A stretch of 64,000 nucleotides of DNA from Candidatus Roizmanbacteria bacterium (lineage in GTDB: Bacteria; Patescibacteriota; Microgenomatia; UBA1406). A program made the translations under genes and the position numbers. Positions 38,555 to 48,097 of the stretch are shown piece by piece. Numbering within the stretch: the stretch's first letter is position 1; the number at the start of each line of letters is the position of its first letter. The notes beneath the pieces are model-generated. The model was not told the DNA's origin. It saw only the letters and a program-made list of their open reading frames with translations, and made no database searches. Where the stretch lies: the NCBI GenBank assembly GCA_024654535.1, contig JANLHL010000038.1:41581-105580 (forward strand). The letters are read 5' to 3'.

Positions 38555-39567
38555 ATGAAAACACAATTCGTCTATTAAAAAACGCCTCATCTGTTCTTAT
38601 TGCTATTGGTAAACAAGCGAAGCGTGATGGGTTTGCGGCCGCATTGGCTTTATATGTATCACTCACCCAAGAAGGTAAGTCGGTTCATTTATGTACTGAG
38701 GCTGATGTTGCACAAGCCGAAGGGCTGATAGGATCTGATAAAATAGAACGTACTCTTGCACTCGGGGGCAATGTTCTCAAAGTATCGTTCCCTTACTCCG
38801 ACGGCGCTATAGATAAAGTAACATACAATATTACAGATGATAGATTCAATTTGCTTGTAGAACCGCACCAAGGGCAAACTGCTCTTGATTCAAAAAATGT
38901 TCATTTCACCTACACCGGCGGTGCTGTAGATGTGATTGTCTGTATCGAAGCACAGACATTAGAATCGTTGGGGAATATTTATATGGAGAATCCTGATATT
39001 TTTGATCAGCAAAAAATAATAAATATAGATAGACGATTCGATAATAAAAATTTCGGGGCTGAAAATATAGTGGAAAAACAATATTCGTCAACGAGCGAGA
39101 TAGTCTACGATATCCTTACACTAATGCGGACGACTATTTCTGCAGATGCTGCTACTAACTTGTACGCAGGAACTGCTGTTGCGACGAATAATTTTAGTTC
39201 TTTTTCAACAAATGCACATACATTTGAAACAGTATCTTCTCTATTAAAACTAGGTGCACGAAAGCCAGCACCGGTACGAGACAGAGCACAGAGTTCATTT
39301 GGCGTGGGGCCTTCTGCATTTCAATTCAATCAGCGACCACCACAGCCGTTTGCACCAATGAGGCCTCAACAGCCAATACCGACAGCGCCAACGCAACAAA
39401 TGGGTCAACAACCTCAACCTGTACAACAGGTTCAGCCTTCTGGTGTGGTAGCGCAATCGCCTGTAATGGATTTACCAGAAAATCCTCCGCTACCAGTGAA
39501 TAAAAAACCTCCGATTGATTGGCTCAAGCCAAAGATATTCAAGAGCTCAGATACGAAAAGTATTTAA
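38551..39567 (+). CDS. Degenerate DHH/NrnA-like protein with Pro/Gln-rich tail
   Basis: IINIDRR (DHH position), N..FGAENIV, SSTSEIV, AATNLYAG; located after infB. Confidence 0.75.
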   Translation: MNENTIRLLKNASSVLIAIGKQAKRDGFAAALALYVSLTQEGKSVHLCTEADVAQAEGLIGSDKIERTLALGGNVLKVSFPYSDGAIDKVTYNITDDRFNLLVEPHQGQTALDSKNVHFTYTGGAVDVIVCIEAQTLESLGNIYMENPDIFDQQKIINIDRRFDNKNFGAENIVEKQYSSTSEIVYDILTLMRTTISADAATNLYAGTAVATNNFSSFSTNAHTFETVSSLLKLGARKPAPVRDRAQSSFGVGPSAFQFNQRPPQPFAPMRPQQPIPTAPTQQMGQQPQPVQQVQPSGVVAQSPVMDLPENPPLPVNKKPPIDWLKPKIFKSSDTKSI

Positions 39568-39609
39568 TGCTAAAGTATTGTCTGTGTGTGGATTTGGTAG
39601 AATAGCTAT

Positions 39610-41847
39610 ATGATTTCTTTCGGAAAGAATAAAAAAAAGAGCATGGTATTTATAGCCTTTTTTTTTGCAATTATCCTCGGACTTGCGATTCTTATAAGCG
39701 CATTTATGCTCATTCGCGACTTACCTTCTCCAAATAGGCTAAACGAGCCTGGTACAATTGCATATTCTACTCACATATACGATAGGCACGGCAAACTATT
39801 ATATGAAATATATAGAGATCAGAATCGCACGCCAGTAAAATTGGCGACTTTACCAAAGCATGTGAAGTGGGCCACAATATCTATTGAGGATAAGGATTTC
39901 TATAAGCACGGTGGTGTTTCAATAATTGGTGGTGTTGTTCGTGCTTTGAAAGCAAATTTAACGAATTCAACAAAACTACAAGGCGGTTCAACCATTACTC
40001 AACAACTCGTGAAGTCGGCTTTACTGACGCCAGAGAGAACAATTCAACGAAAAGTAAAAGAAATTATACTTGCCCTTCTGGTTGAGCGTCGCTATAACAA
40101 AGACGAAATAATAGAAATGTACTTGAATCAGGTGCCGTACGGTGGTACTGCGTGGGGAATACAAGAGGCGTCGAAGTTATATTTTGATAAAAATGCACAA
40201 AAGTTATCACTCGCACAAGCGGCACTTTTGGCTGGATTGCCACAGGCTCCCTCGCTCTATTCCCCTTATGTCAATCCTCAAGCAGCAATCGATAGACAAC
40301 ACGAAGTGTTAAAACTCATGTTGAAAGAAAATTATATATCACAAAAAGAGTACGATACGGCTATACACGAACATTTAACATTCAAACGACCAAAAAATAC
40401 AATTCTTGCTCCACATTTTGTATTCTATGTGAAACAATTATTAGAAAAAGAATATGGAGAAAGACGAGTCCAGGAAGGAGGCTTGCGAGTTTATACGACA
40501 CTTGACTATGACATACAAAAGAGCGCAGAAGACATTTTAGATGAGGAACTCAAGAATTTAAAAGGATACAATGTTGGTAATGGCGCACTGATGGTAACCC
40601 GGCCACCCACGGGGGAAATCCTCGCTATGATAGGCTCAAAAGATTTTTTTGGTACCGCGTCTGGTGCATATAATGTAACAACAGCACTTCGTCAACCGGG
40701 AAGTTCAATTAAGCCGCTCAATTACGCAGTAGGGATAGATACACACAGAGTAACTGCTTCTAGTATGTTTTTAGATATTCCCACTTGTTTTGCGGTTCCT
40801 GGTCAAAAGGGTTATTGTCCTAAGAATTATGACAATACATTTCATGGACCAGTCCAGTTACGATTTGCTTTAGCAAATTCATATAACATTCCTGCTGTAA
40901 AAATGTTGGCTCTCAATGGAGTTGATACGTTCGTTGCCTCTGCATCCGCTTTTGGAATAAGTACATTTAAAGATCCATCACGATATGGACTTTCGTTGAC
41001 TTTGGGTGGTGGTGAAGTTCGCATGACAGATATGGCTCGAGCATTTTCTATATTTCCGAACCAAGGGGTAGACAAAGACCTTGTTGCCGTTCTTCGTGTA
41101 GAAGATAGAAATAAGAAAGAATTATATAAATACGAAGATAGAAATGTAATAACTGATGTTGTGAAAAAAAAGCTCAACTATCCCAATACGTTGTTTATCC
41201 AAGGCCCTCGCCTAATAGGTCGTGATACCGCGTTTATTATATCCCATATATTATTAGATAATAATGCTCGTGCCCAGGCTTTTTCAACAGGCTCTTTGCT
41301 CCATCTACCCGGACATGAAGCAGTGTCGGTAAAAACGGGCACAACAGATGATTTTAAAGATAACTGGACAATAGGGTTTACGCCAAATTTCATGACGCTT
41401 GTGTGGGTGGGTAATAATGACGGAACGCCTATGAACTCTAATCTTACTTCAGGGGTGACAGGAGCAGCCCCGATTTGGAATAGAGTTATGCAAAAAGTGC
41501 TGAAAAATCAACCTGATTTATGGCCAATTCAGCCAGATACAGTTGTTGGTGCGGAAGTATGTACTATCTCAGGCATGAGGCCACGTATGAATGGAGACGC
41601 AAAATCGTGTAATACTCGTTATGAATATTTTGCAAAGGGTACTGTCCCGGCAGAAGAAAATAACGTGAGCACTCAGAAAGTATTTATGAAAAAAGATTCG
41701 GATAAAATTGCAAAAGAAGGTGATACTGATAATGTTGAAGAAAAGGATAAAATCATAGCTACCGATTGGTTTTCTCGCTACTGTTTAGACTGTAATCATG
41801 AAAATTCGGATTTTACGACAGTTTCTATTTCCTCTCATGGACAGTAA
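39610..41847 (+). CDS. Class A (PBP1A-like) transglycosylase/transpeptidase
   Basis: EDKDFYKH, GGSTITQQL, RKVKE; SSIK, SYN, KTGT. Confidence 0.95.
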   Translation: MISFGKNKKKSMVFIAFFFAIILGLAILISAFMLIRDLPSPNRLNEPGTIAYSTHIYDRHGKLLYEIYRDQNRTPVKLATLPKHVKWATISIEDKDFYKHGGVSIIGGVVRALKANLTNSTKLQGGSTITQQLVKSALLTPERTIQRKVKEIILALLVERRYNKDEIIEMYLNQVPYGGTAWGIQEASKLYFDKNAQKLSLAQAALLAGLPQAPSLYSPYVNPQAAIDRQHEVLKLMLKENYISQKEYDTAIHEHLTFKRPKNTILAPHFVFYVKQLLEKEYGERRVQEGGLRVYTTLDYDIQKSAEDILDEELKNLKGYNVGNGALMVTRPPTGEILAMIGSKDFFGTASGAYNVTTALRQPGSSIKPLNYAVGIDTHRVTASSMFLDIPTCFAVPGQKGYCPKNYDNTFHGPVQLRFALANSYNIPAVKMLALNGVDTFVASASAFGISTFKDPSRYGLSLTLGGGEVRMTDMARAFSIFPNQGVDKDLVAVLRVEDRNKKELYKYEDRNVITDVVKKKLNYPNTLFIQGPRLIGRDTAFIISHILLDNNARAQAFSTGSLLHLPGHEAVSVKTGTTDDFKDNWTIGFTPNFMTLVWVGNNDGTPMNSNLTSGVTGAAPIWNRVMQKVLKNQPDLWPIQPDTVVGAEVCTISGMRPRMNGDAKSCNTRYEYFAKGTVPAEENNVSTQKVFMKKDSDKIAKEGDTDNVEEKDKIIATDWFSRYCLDCNHENSDFTTVSISSHGQ

Positions 41848-43063
41848 AAGTGTTCGCAGCGATTTTCCCATATATACGCATACGCCCAATTTAGTGTATC
41901 TAGACTCAACGGCAACCACACTCAAACCACAGGTGGTAATAGATGAAATAGATCGTTACTATAGCACTTATAGTGCAAACGTATTTCGAGGCATTTATGA
42001 AATATCCGAGGAAGCGACTGCTGAATACGAGAAGGCGCGGGAAGTTGTTGCCTCATTTATAGGTGCTGTTGATACCTCTGAAGTAATCTTTACACGAAAT
42101 ACCACAGAATCGCTCAATGTCATTGCGTATGGCCTTGGGCGACAGATATGCGACGTGAAAAGTGAAATAGTGGTATCAATGGCAGAGCATCATTCTAATT
42201 TTGTACCATGGCAACAACTTGCAAGTGAGAGTGGTGGGACCTTTAAGGTGGTAGAAGTAAATAGTGATGGCATTGTTCCATTGCACGAAAAAAAAACCGC
42301 GGAACAAATTATTACGAAAAACACAAAAATAGTTGCTCTTTTTTATGCTTCAAACGTGTTAGGTTCTGTAAATCCCATTAAAGAGATTGTAAAAACAATA
42401 AAGAGTATTAATCCAGATACAATAGTAGTAGTTGACGCTGCACAAGCCGTGTCGAGTGTTCCTATACAAGTGAATGATTTAGGGTGTGATTTTTTAGCGT
42501 TTTCTGGACATAAGGCTTTAGGGCCGACAGGTATCGGAGTACTATGGGGTAAACGGGCACTACTTGAACAAATGTACCCTTTTCAATACGGTGGCGAAAT
42601 GATAAGTGAAGTAACGGTACAGGGCACAAAATTTGCTCCTCTTCCACACAAATTCGAAGCAGGGACACCTCATATTGCGGGAGCAATTGGTTTATCTGCT
42701 GCGCTTAAATATATACAAAAACTGGGGTTGGGTACTATCAAGAAACATACACAAAAGATAACAGAATACACGCTAGAGCTTTTACGTGAAAACCCAAGAA
42801 TCACCGTACTCGGTCCAGAAGATTCGGCAAAACGCATAGGTATAGTGAGCTTCGTACACAAAAAGATACATCCACATGACTTGAGCCAAATATTGGCAAA
42901 GCACAATGTGTGTATACGTGCTGGCCATCATTGTGCAATGCCCTTGCATAGGAGTATGGGGGTTATCGCTAGTGCCCGCGCGAGTTTTTATATATACACA
43001 ACTAAAAAGGATATTGATACGTTTATCGACGCAATTAACGATGCAGAAAAAATACTTTTGTAA
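41837..43063 (+). CDS. sufS: Cysteine desulfurase, SufS type
   Basis: YLDSTATT, EHHSN, FSGHK, FEAGT, RAGHHCA. Confidence 0.93.
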   Translation: MDSKSVRSDFPIYTHTPNLVYLDSTATTLKPQVVIDEIDRYYSTYSANVFRGIYEISEEATAEYEKAREVVASFIGAVDTSEVIFTRNTTESLNVIAYGLGRQICDVKSEIVVSMAEHHSNFVPWQQLASESGGTFKVVEVNSDGIVPLHEKKTAEQIITKNTKIVALFYASNVLGSVNPIKEIVKTIKSINPDTIVVVDAAQAVSSVPIQVNDLGCDFLAFSGHKALGPTGIGVLWGKRALLEQMYPFQYGGEMISEVTVQGTKFAPLPHKFEAGTPHIAGAIGLSAALKYIQKLGLGTIKKHTQKITEYTLELLRENPRITVLGPEDSAKRIGIVSFVHKKIHPHDLSQILAKHNVCIRAGHHCAMPLHRSMGVIASARASFYIYTTKKDIDTFIDAINDAEKILL

Positions 43064-43096
43064 TACGCAGATTCATTTTTTACAATAGGTATACTT

Positions 43097-43357
43097 ATGA
43101 GCGATAAACAAGCAAGCACATCTTCACAAAAAAACGCTTGGAAGGTTTGGGTGGATAGGGATTTATGTATTGGCGCTGCAAGTTGTATAGCGGTAGCGCC
43201 AAAGGCATTTTCTTTAGACGATGATGCAAAAGCGGTAATACTTGATACAATAGATCAAGAACAGAAAGAGACAGTATTGGATGCAGCACGTGCGTGTCCG
43301 GTGGCTGCTATATTTATAGAAGAGACGAAGACAGGGAAGCGTATTTTTCCAAAATAA
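43097..43357 (+). CDS. Ferredoxin, probably [3Fe-4S]
   Basis: CIGAASC...ACPV (CxxAxxC...CP). Confidence 0.88.
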   Translation: MSDKQASTSSQKNAWKVWVDRDLCIGAASCIAVAPKAFSLDDDAKAVILDTIDQEQKETVLDAARACPVAAIFIEETKTGKRIFPK

Positions 43358-43371
43358 ATTACTCTTGCATT

Positions 43372-43398
43372 TTAGCAATCACTTTGCTAAACTGCTAA
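43372..43398. promoter_or_regulatory. CIRCE-like HrcA operator over the lon promoter
   Basis: TTAGCAATC-N9-AACTGCTAA versus consensus TTAGCACTC-N9-GAGTGCTAA. Confidence 0.7.
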
Positions 43399-43399
43399 A

Positions 43400-45802
43400 A
43401 TGTCAATGATTTTATCATCTAAAAATCAAAAACAATTGCCAGTCGTGGCTATCCGCGATGGGCTTGTGTATCCTAAGACAGAGGCTCCTTTAATTTTTGG
43501 TAGGCAAAAAACGGTAAAAGCGTTTGAAGATGCAGTGAAAGCGAAGAAAGAACTCATCGTGCTTTTGCAGAAGGATCCACGCGTAGACGATCCAACAGAC
43601 CGCGATTTATATACTACTGGCGTATTGGTGAGTATTGAACGATTTGTCTCACTCGAACAAGGAGAATTACAGGTACTTTTGAAGGGTGTCAAAAAAATAA
43701 ATGTTTTAGATTTCACAGCAAACGACCCTTATTTGCAGGCTACTTATGAAGAAACTCCAGATGTAGAAGTAGATACAGAAGAAGTACGCGCTATAATGCG
43801 CCATCTATTTGCTCAGCTTAAAAAAGCGATTAATCTTGGCAAAAATATTGACTTTGTTGCACTCATGGGCTTATTTTCCGACCTTTCTCCGAATGATTTC
43901 TCATATCAGGTAGCAGCAGTATTAGACTTAAAACCGGTTGAAAAACAGGATTTGCTTGAAGAGTCGGATGTGAAAAGAAGACTTGAAGCTGAAGTAGAAT
44001 TTTTGACAAAAGAAACTGCAGTATTGGAGCTCGAACGTAAGATAAATCAAAAAACTCAGCAAAAGTTTGAGAAGGGCATGCGAGAAAACGTGTTACGTGA
44101 AAAAATGAAAGCGATAGAAACAGAGTTGGGTGAAGATAAAGAAGATAAAGAAATTGGAGAATATCGTAGCAAAATAAAGAGTGCAAAAATGCCAAAAACC
44201 ATAGAAGAGAAAATATTGAAAGAACTTGAACGTATGCAAAAAATGTCTCAGTATAATCCTGAGTCTTCGTATGTTCGAACCTATCTAGATTGGATAGTGT
44301 CTCTACCTTGGAGTAAAGTGAGCGATAGTGATATTTCTATAAAGGACGCTGAGAAAATTTTGAATGAAGATCATTTTGGGTTAAAAAAGATAAAAGAGCG
44401 TATTTTGGAATATCTTGCTGTTATGAAGCTGAGAAAGCAAGAAAGTGATTCTGCGAAAGATAAGAAACAACTAAAACCACCGACAATTCTTTGTTTTGTT
44501 GGGCCCCCAGGAGTTGGTAAGACGTCATTAGGTCGTTCTATTGCGCGATCTCTCAATAGGAAATTTGCAAAAATATCTTTAGGAGGTATACGAGACGAGG
44601 CAGAGATTCGAGGTCATAGACGTACCTATGTCGGAGCAATGCCAGGAAGAATTATTCAAGCAATTAAGCAAGTTCAGACGAAAAATCCTGTTTTTATGTT
44701 AGACGAAATTGACAAAATTGGGCATGATTTTCGAGGAGATCCATCATCAGCTTTACTTGAAGCGCTTGACCCAGAACAGAATCATGCATTCTCAGATCAT
44801 TATTTAGAGGTAGAATTTGATTTATCTGATGTAATGTTTATTACGACAGCAAACGTACTCGACACTATCCCACCAGCCCTGCTCGATAGACTTGAGGTAA
44901 TTCATTTTCCTGGGTATACGGAGGATGAAAAATTTGCCATAGAGAAAAACTATCTCATTCCAAAACAAATGGAAGCGCATGGGCTGAAAAAATATGGTTT
45001 TAAAATTACTGACGAAGCTTCCCGCCTTATTATTCATCGGTACACTCGCGAAGCTGGTGTTCGTGAGCTGGAGAGACAAATAGCGACGGTCTGTAGAAAA
45101 GTTGCACGTATCATAACTGAAAGAGCAACAAAAAAACCTCAAATTTTGCAAACAAAAATAATTGATGACAAAGCCACAGAATCGTATTTAGGACCATATA
45201 AGTACAGTTCTCAAGTAGCAGAGAAGGCAGATGAGATAGGTATGAGCACAGGCTTGGCATGGACACAGGTAGGTGGAGAGATATTGTTTATAGAAGTGAG
45301 TATAGTTCCAGGAAAAGGGAGCCTTACGCTTACCGGAAAGCTTGGTGACGTTATGAAAGAGTCATGTCAAGCAGCCCTCACGTATGTACGTAGTCGATGG
45401 AAGGAATTTGGTCTTAAGGAAAAGTTTTACCAAACAATCGATATTCATGTGCACGTACCCGAGGGGGCAGTGCCAAAAGATGGTCCTTCAGCAGGGATTG
45501 CAATTACAACTGCGCTCATATCTGCACTTACAAAGATTCCGGTAAAACGAGATGTTGCTATGACTGGTGAAATAACTCTTCGTGGGAGAGTACTTGAGAT
45601 AGGTGGTATAAAAGAGAAGATAATAGCTGCACACAGAGCAGGAATTCATACGATCATCATGCCAAAAGAAAACAAAAAAGATTTGATAGAGTTACCAGAC
45701 AAGACGATAAATGATTTAAAGTTTGTGTATGTTGATCATATGGATCAGGTAGTAGAAGTGGCGATCATGAAAAAGCGCGGTAAGTTTCCAAATGTAAAGT
45801 AA
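43400..45802 (+). CDS. lon: ATP-dependent Lon protease
   Basis: [36 protein letters not shown]. Confidence 0.97.
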   Translation: MSMILSSKNQKQLPVVAIRDGLVYPKTEAPLIFGRQKTVKAFEDAVKAKKELIVLLQKDPRVDDPTDRDLYTTGVLVSIERFVSLEQGELQVLLKGVKKINVLDFTANDPYLQATYEETPDVEVDTEEVRAIMRHLFAQLKKAINLGKNIDFVALMGLFSDLSPNDFSYQVAAVLDLKPVEKQDLLEESDVKRRLEAEVEFLTKETAVLELERKINQKTQQKFEKGMRENVLREKMKAIETELGEDKEDKEIGEYRSKIKSAKMPKTIEEKILKELERMQKMSQYNPESSYVRTYLDWIVSLPWSKVSDSDISIKDAEKILNEDHFGLKKIKERILEYLAVMKLRKQESDSAKDKKQLKPPTILCFVGPPGVGKTSLGRSIARSLNRKFAKISLGGIRDEAEIRGHRRTYVGAMPGRIIQAIKQVQTKNPVFMLDEIDKIGHDFRGDPSSALLEALDPEQNHAFSDHYLEVEFDLSDVMFITTANVLDTIPPALLDRLEVIHFPGYTEDEKFAIEKNYLIPKQMEAHGLKKYGFKITDEASRLIIHRYTREAGVRELERQIATVCRKVARIITERATKKPQILQTKIIDDKATESYLGPYKYSSQVAEKADEIGMSTGLAWTQVGGEILFIEVSIVPGKGSLTLTGKLGDVMKESCQAALTYVRSRWKEFGLKEKFYQTIDIHVHVPEGAVPKDGPSAGIAITTALISALTKIPVKRDVAMTGEITLRGRVLEIGGIKEKIIAAHRAGIHTIIMPKENKKDLIELPDKTINDLKFVYVDHMDQVVEVAIMKKRGKFPNVK

Positions 45803-45803
45803 T

Positions 45804-46391
45804 CTAAGCGGTACTCTTTTTACTCAAAAATTTATTCGCGAGAAATATTCCCCCAATAAGCAGTACAGTAAATGCAATAACTGCAATATCGAAGTATTGA
45901 GAGAGAAACGCTTTTGCGGCAGGACCTAAAAAGTAAATAACGGTTGCAACGGCAAAAAAGCGTCCTCCACGACCAACAAGTGACGCGAGCATGAAACGTT
46001 TCACGTTCAGGTCCATAAGACCAGCAGCAATAGTAAATACTTTGTAGGGAAGCGGGGTGAACGCTCCAATGAGAACTGCCCATACGTCGTACTTTTGATA
46101 GAGCTCGCGTACTCGCTCTATTTTTGCATCAGAAATAAATTTTCGTACAACAGGTTTACCTCCTTTGTTGCCAATAAAGTAACCGAACAGACCTCCAAGC
46201 ACAGAAAAAATTGTTGCGACTGCGGCGTAAAAGAAAGCTTTGTTTGGTGATAGGAGAGCAAGAGGTATCATGATAGTATCGGGTGGAAGTGGGAAAAATG
46301 AGCTCTCAGCAAAGGCAATAAGTGCGAGTCCGGGGACAGCCCACGCTGAGTAGGTTATAGCAAGTGCAAAGTTTTTAATTCCCGTAAGCAT
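45804..46391 (-). CDS. YqaA/DedA (VTT) family membrane protein
   Basis: AESSFFPLPPD, FTPLPYKVFTIAAG, GRGGRF. Start moved to MLTGIK. Confidence 0.9.
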   Translation of the reverse strand: MLTGIKNFALAITYSAWAVPGLALIAFAESSFFPLPPDTIMIPLALLSPNKAFFYAAVATIFSVLGGLFGYFIGNKGGKPVVRKFISDAKIERVRELYQKYDVWAVLIGAFTPLPYKVFTIAAGLMDLNVKRFMLASLVGRGGRFFAVATVIYFLGPAAKAFLSQYFDIAVIAFTVLLIGGIFLANKFLSKKSTA

Positions 46392-46412
46392 AAGGATAAG
46401 TATAGCATGAAC

Positions 46413-46496
46413 AAAATTCAAATATCCAATTTCAAATAGCAAATATCAAACAAAGTTCCAAATCCCTACTTGCGCAGGCAAGCCAATGACAAATAC
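46413..46496. repeat. 7-nt-period repeat tract with an embedded palindromic element
   Basis: aaaattc aaatatc caatttc aaatagc aaatatc ... [cctacttgcgcaggcaag] ... caatgac aaatac. Confidence 0.55.
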
Positions 46497-46602
46497 AGAC
46501 ATATTGTACCCCGTTTATATATGAATGAAGGTTGTAGTGGTGTAAGTAGGAGAGAGTTTATTTAGCAGGAAATCGTGTGTTATAATAACATGTGTAGAAA
46601 TC

Positions 46603-46677
46603 GGGTCTGTAGCTCAATGGTAGAGCAGTGGCCTTTTAAGCCATTGGTTGAGGGTTCGAGCCCCTCCGGACCCACCA
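46603..46677 (+). tRNA. tRNA-Lys(TTT)
   Basis: GGGTCTG/CGGACCC-ACCA; GTGGC-CTTTTAA-GCCAT. Confidence 0.96.
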
Positions 46678-46700
46678 CCACTATTACGATGCAATAGTGG
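46678..46700 (+). terminator. Hairpin directly after tRNA-Lys
   Basis: CCACTATT-N7-AATAGTGG; no U-tract. Confidence 0.4.
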
Positions 46701-46756
46701 AACACCCAATAACCAAGTTCAAATATCTAATGTGTTTGTCGGAGGGATGAGTTATT

Positions 46757-46822
46757 TTACTTCTTTTTATTTTTTTTTGGTTTCTTTACCTCTTTTTTTC
46801 GAGCGTTATTTCCTTTTGCCAT
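46757..46822 (-). CDS. 21-aa Lys-rich peptide
   Basis: MAKGNNARKKEVKKPKKNKKK* downstream of the ZIP gene. Confidence 0.5.
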   Translation of the reverse strand: MAKGNNARKKEVKKPKKNKKK

Positions 46823-46873
46823 ATAAGTAGAAAAATTTGTAATTATCTACAGAATAGCATATTCAGCAAATTT

Positions 46874-47614
46874 TTACCCTTGCATGACGCTGGTGATGAC
46901 GTACATGAGTATAATACCCAGTATGAATGGGACCGTTTGTTCCCATCGCTTGTCTATTTTAAAGGTGTGATGGAGGTCGGGTATAAGATCTGAGCAAGCT
47001 ATATAGATGAATACACCCGCTGTGAAGGCGAGTGCTATAGGTATAACTGATTCAAAGCTATGGAGGAAGTAGACGCCTAATACTGCACCAATAACCGCAG
47101 TGAGGGCTGAGAGAAAATTAAAAAAGAGTGCCTTTGTTTTACTCATACCTCCGTTAATAAGTACGCTCAGGTCTGCAATTTCTTGTGGGATTTCATGAGC
47201 TGCAATGGCGATGGTCGTCGCTATTCCTAAAGATGGGCTTGTTAAAAATGTTGCTGCAATAGCAATTCCGTCGAAAAAATTATGTATGCCGTCACCAAAA
47301 AGAATTAATAATGCGGTAGGTTTTAAATTGTGCGTGCTGTCGTGGTGGTGGAACCATACTATGAATTTTTCAAAAAAGAAAAAAGTCACAACCCCTATAA
47401 GGGCTGGCAAGAATATATCTTTACTATTGTTACTTTCTGCAAGTGCCTCGGGGAATATATCGAGAAATGCAGTTGCCAACATGACTCCGGCAGCAAAACT
47501 AACAAAGTAATCTGATACTTCACTACTAAAAGATTTTTTGCCAAATAAAAAAAACGCACCTGCAAACGAAATACAACTTACTATGAAGCTGGCAATAAGT
47601 ACGTTTTCAAGCAT
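46874..47614 (-). CDS. ZIP family metal (zinc) transporter
   Basis: SFAAGVML, HHHDSTH, DGIHNFFDG, AHEIPQE, DLIP. Confidence 0.93.
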   Translation of the reverse strand: MLENVLIASFIVSCISFAGAFFLFGKKSFSSEVSDYFVSFAAGVMLATAFLDIFPEALAESNNSKDIFLPALIGVVTFFFFEKFIVWFHHHDSTHNLKPTALLILFGDGIHNFFDGIAIAATFLTSPSLGIATTIAIAAHEIPQEIADLSVLINGGMSKTKALFFNFLSALTAVIGAVLGVYFLHSFESVIPIALAFTAGVFIYIACSDLIPDLHHTFKIDKRWEQTVPFILGIILMYVITSVMQG

Positions 47615-48023
47615 TGCAGCAGTTGTGGCAAATACCAAAAAATTCTAATGAATGGCCTGTAATACGATAATTAGTCTTTTTTGAAGCTTCTCGTTCTAAT
47701 TTTTTACCATCTTGAAGTTCCACGTCGGTAATCTTGCCGCACCGAGTACATAGTGCATGATGATGATGTTTATGTGTATTTAAAATTTCGTAACGATCTT
47801 TACCATCTCCAAAGTTTACAGCTTGTACAAGCTTCAATTTTACAAAGAGAGTGAGTGCTCTATAGACGGAAGCAAGATCTGTTTTGATGGTGCCTTGTGA
47901 GACAGTTTCATAGATTTCTTCAACCGATTGTGGATTCGTTGAAATGGCACAAAGCACCTGTGTACGTTGTGGGGTGATACGATATCCACCTTCTTTTAGT
48001 ATCTTTTTGTTATTTTCATCCAT
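47607..48023 (-). CDS. Fur-family regulator (probably Zur)
   Basis: RITPQR, LASVYRAL, HHHHALCTRCG, GICHNC; overlaps the ZIP gene start. Confidence 0.92.
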   Translation of the reverse strand: MDENNKKILKEGGYRITPQRTQVLCAISTNPQSVEEIYETVSQGTIKTDLASVYRALTLFVKLKLVQAVNFGDGKDRYEILNTHKHHHHALCTRCGKITDVELQDGKKLEREASKKTNYRITGHSLEFFGICHNCCNA

Positions 48024-48032
48024 ATCTCTATT

Positions 48033-48057
48033 ATTGCAAATAATTCGCAATTGTCAA
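48033..48057 (-). promoter_or_regulatory. Fur/Zur-type operator within the fur-zip promoter
   Basis: ATTGCAAAT-A-ATTCGCAAT 9-1-9 inverted repeat directly after minus-strand TTGACA (48052-48057). Confidence 0.7.
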
Positions 48058-48097
48058 TAGCGGTGCGTATCGAGGTGCAAGTTGCTATACTTTATTT

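Noticed and set aside
46648..46830. 60-aa plus-strand ORF
   Set aside because: It starts inside tRNA-Lys and runs through low-complexity sequence.
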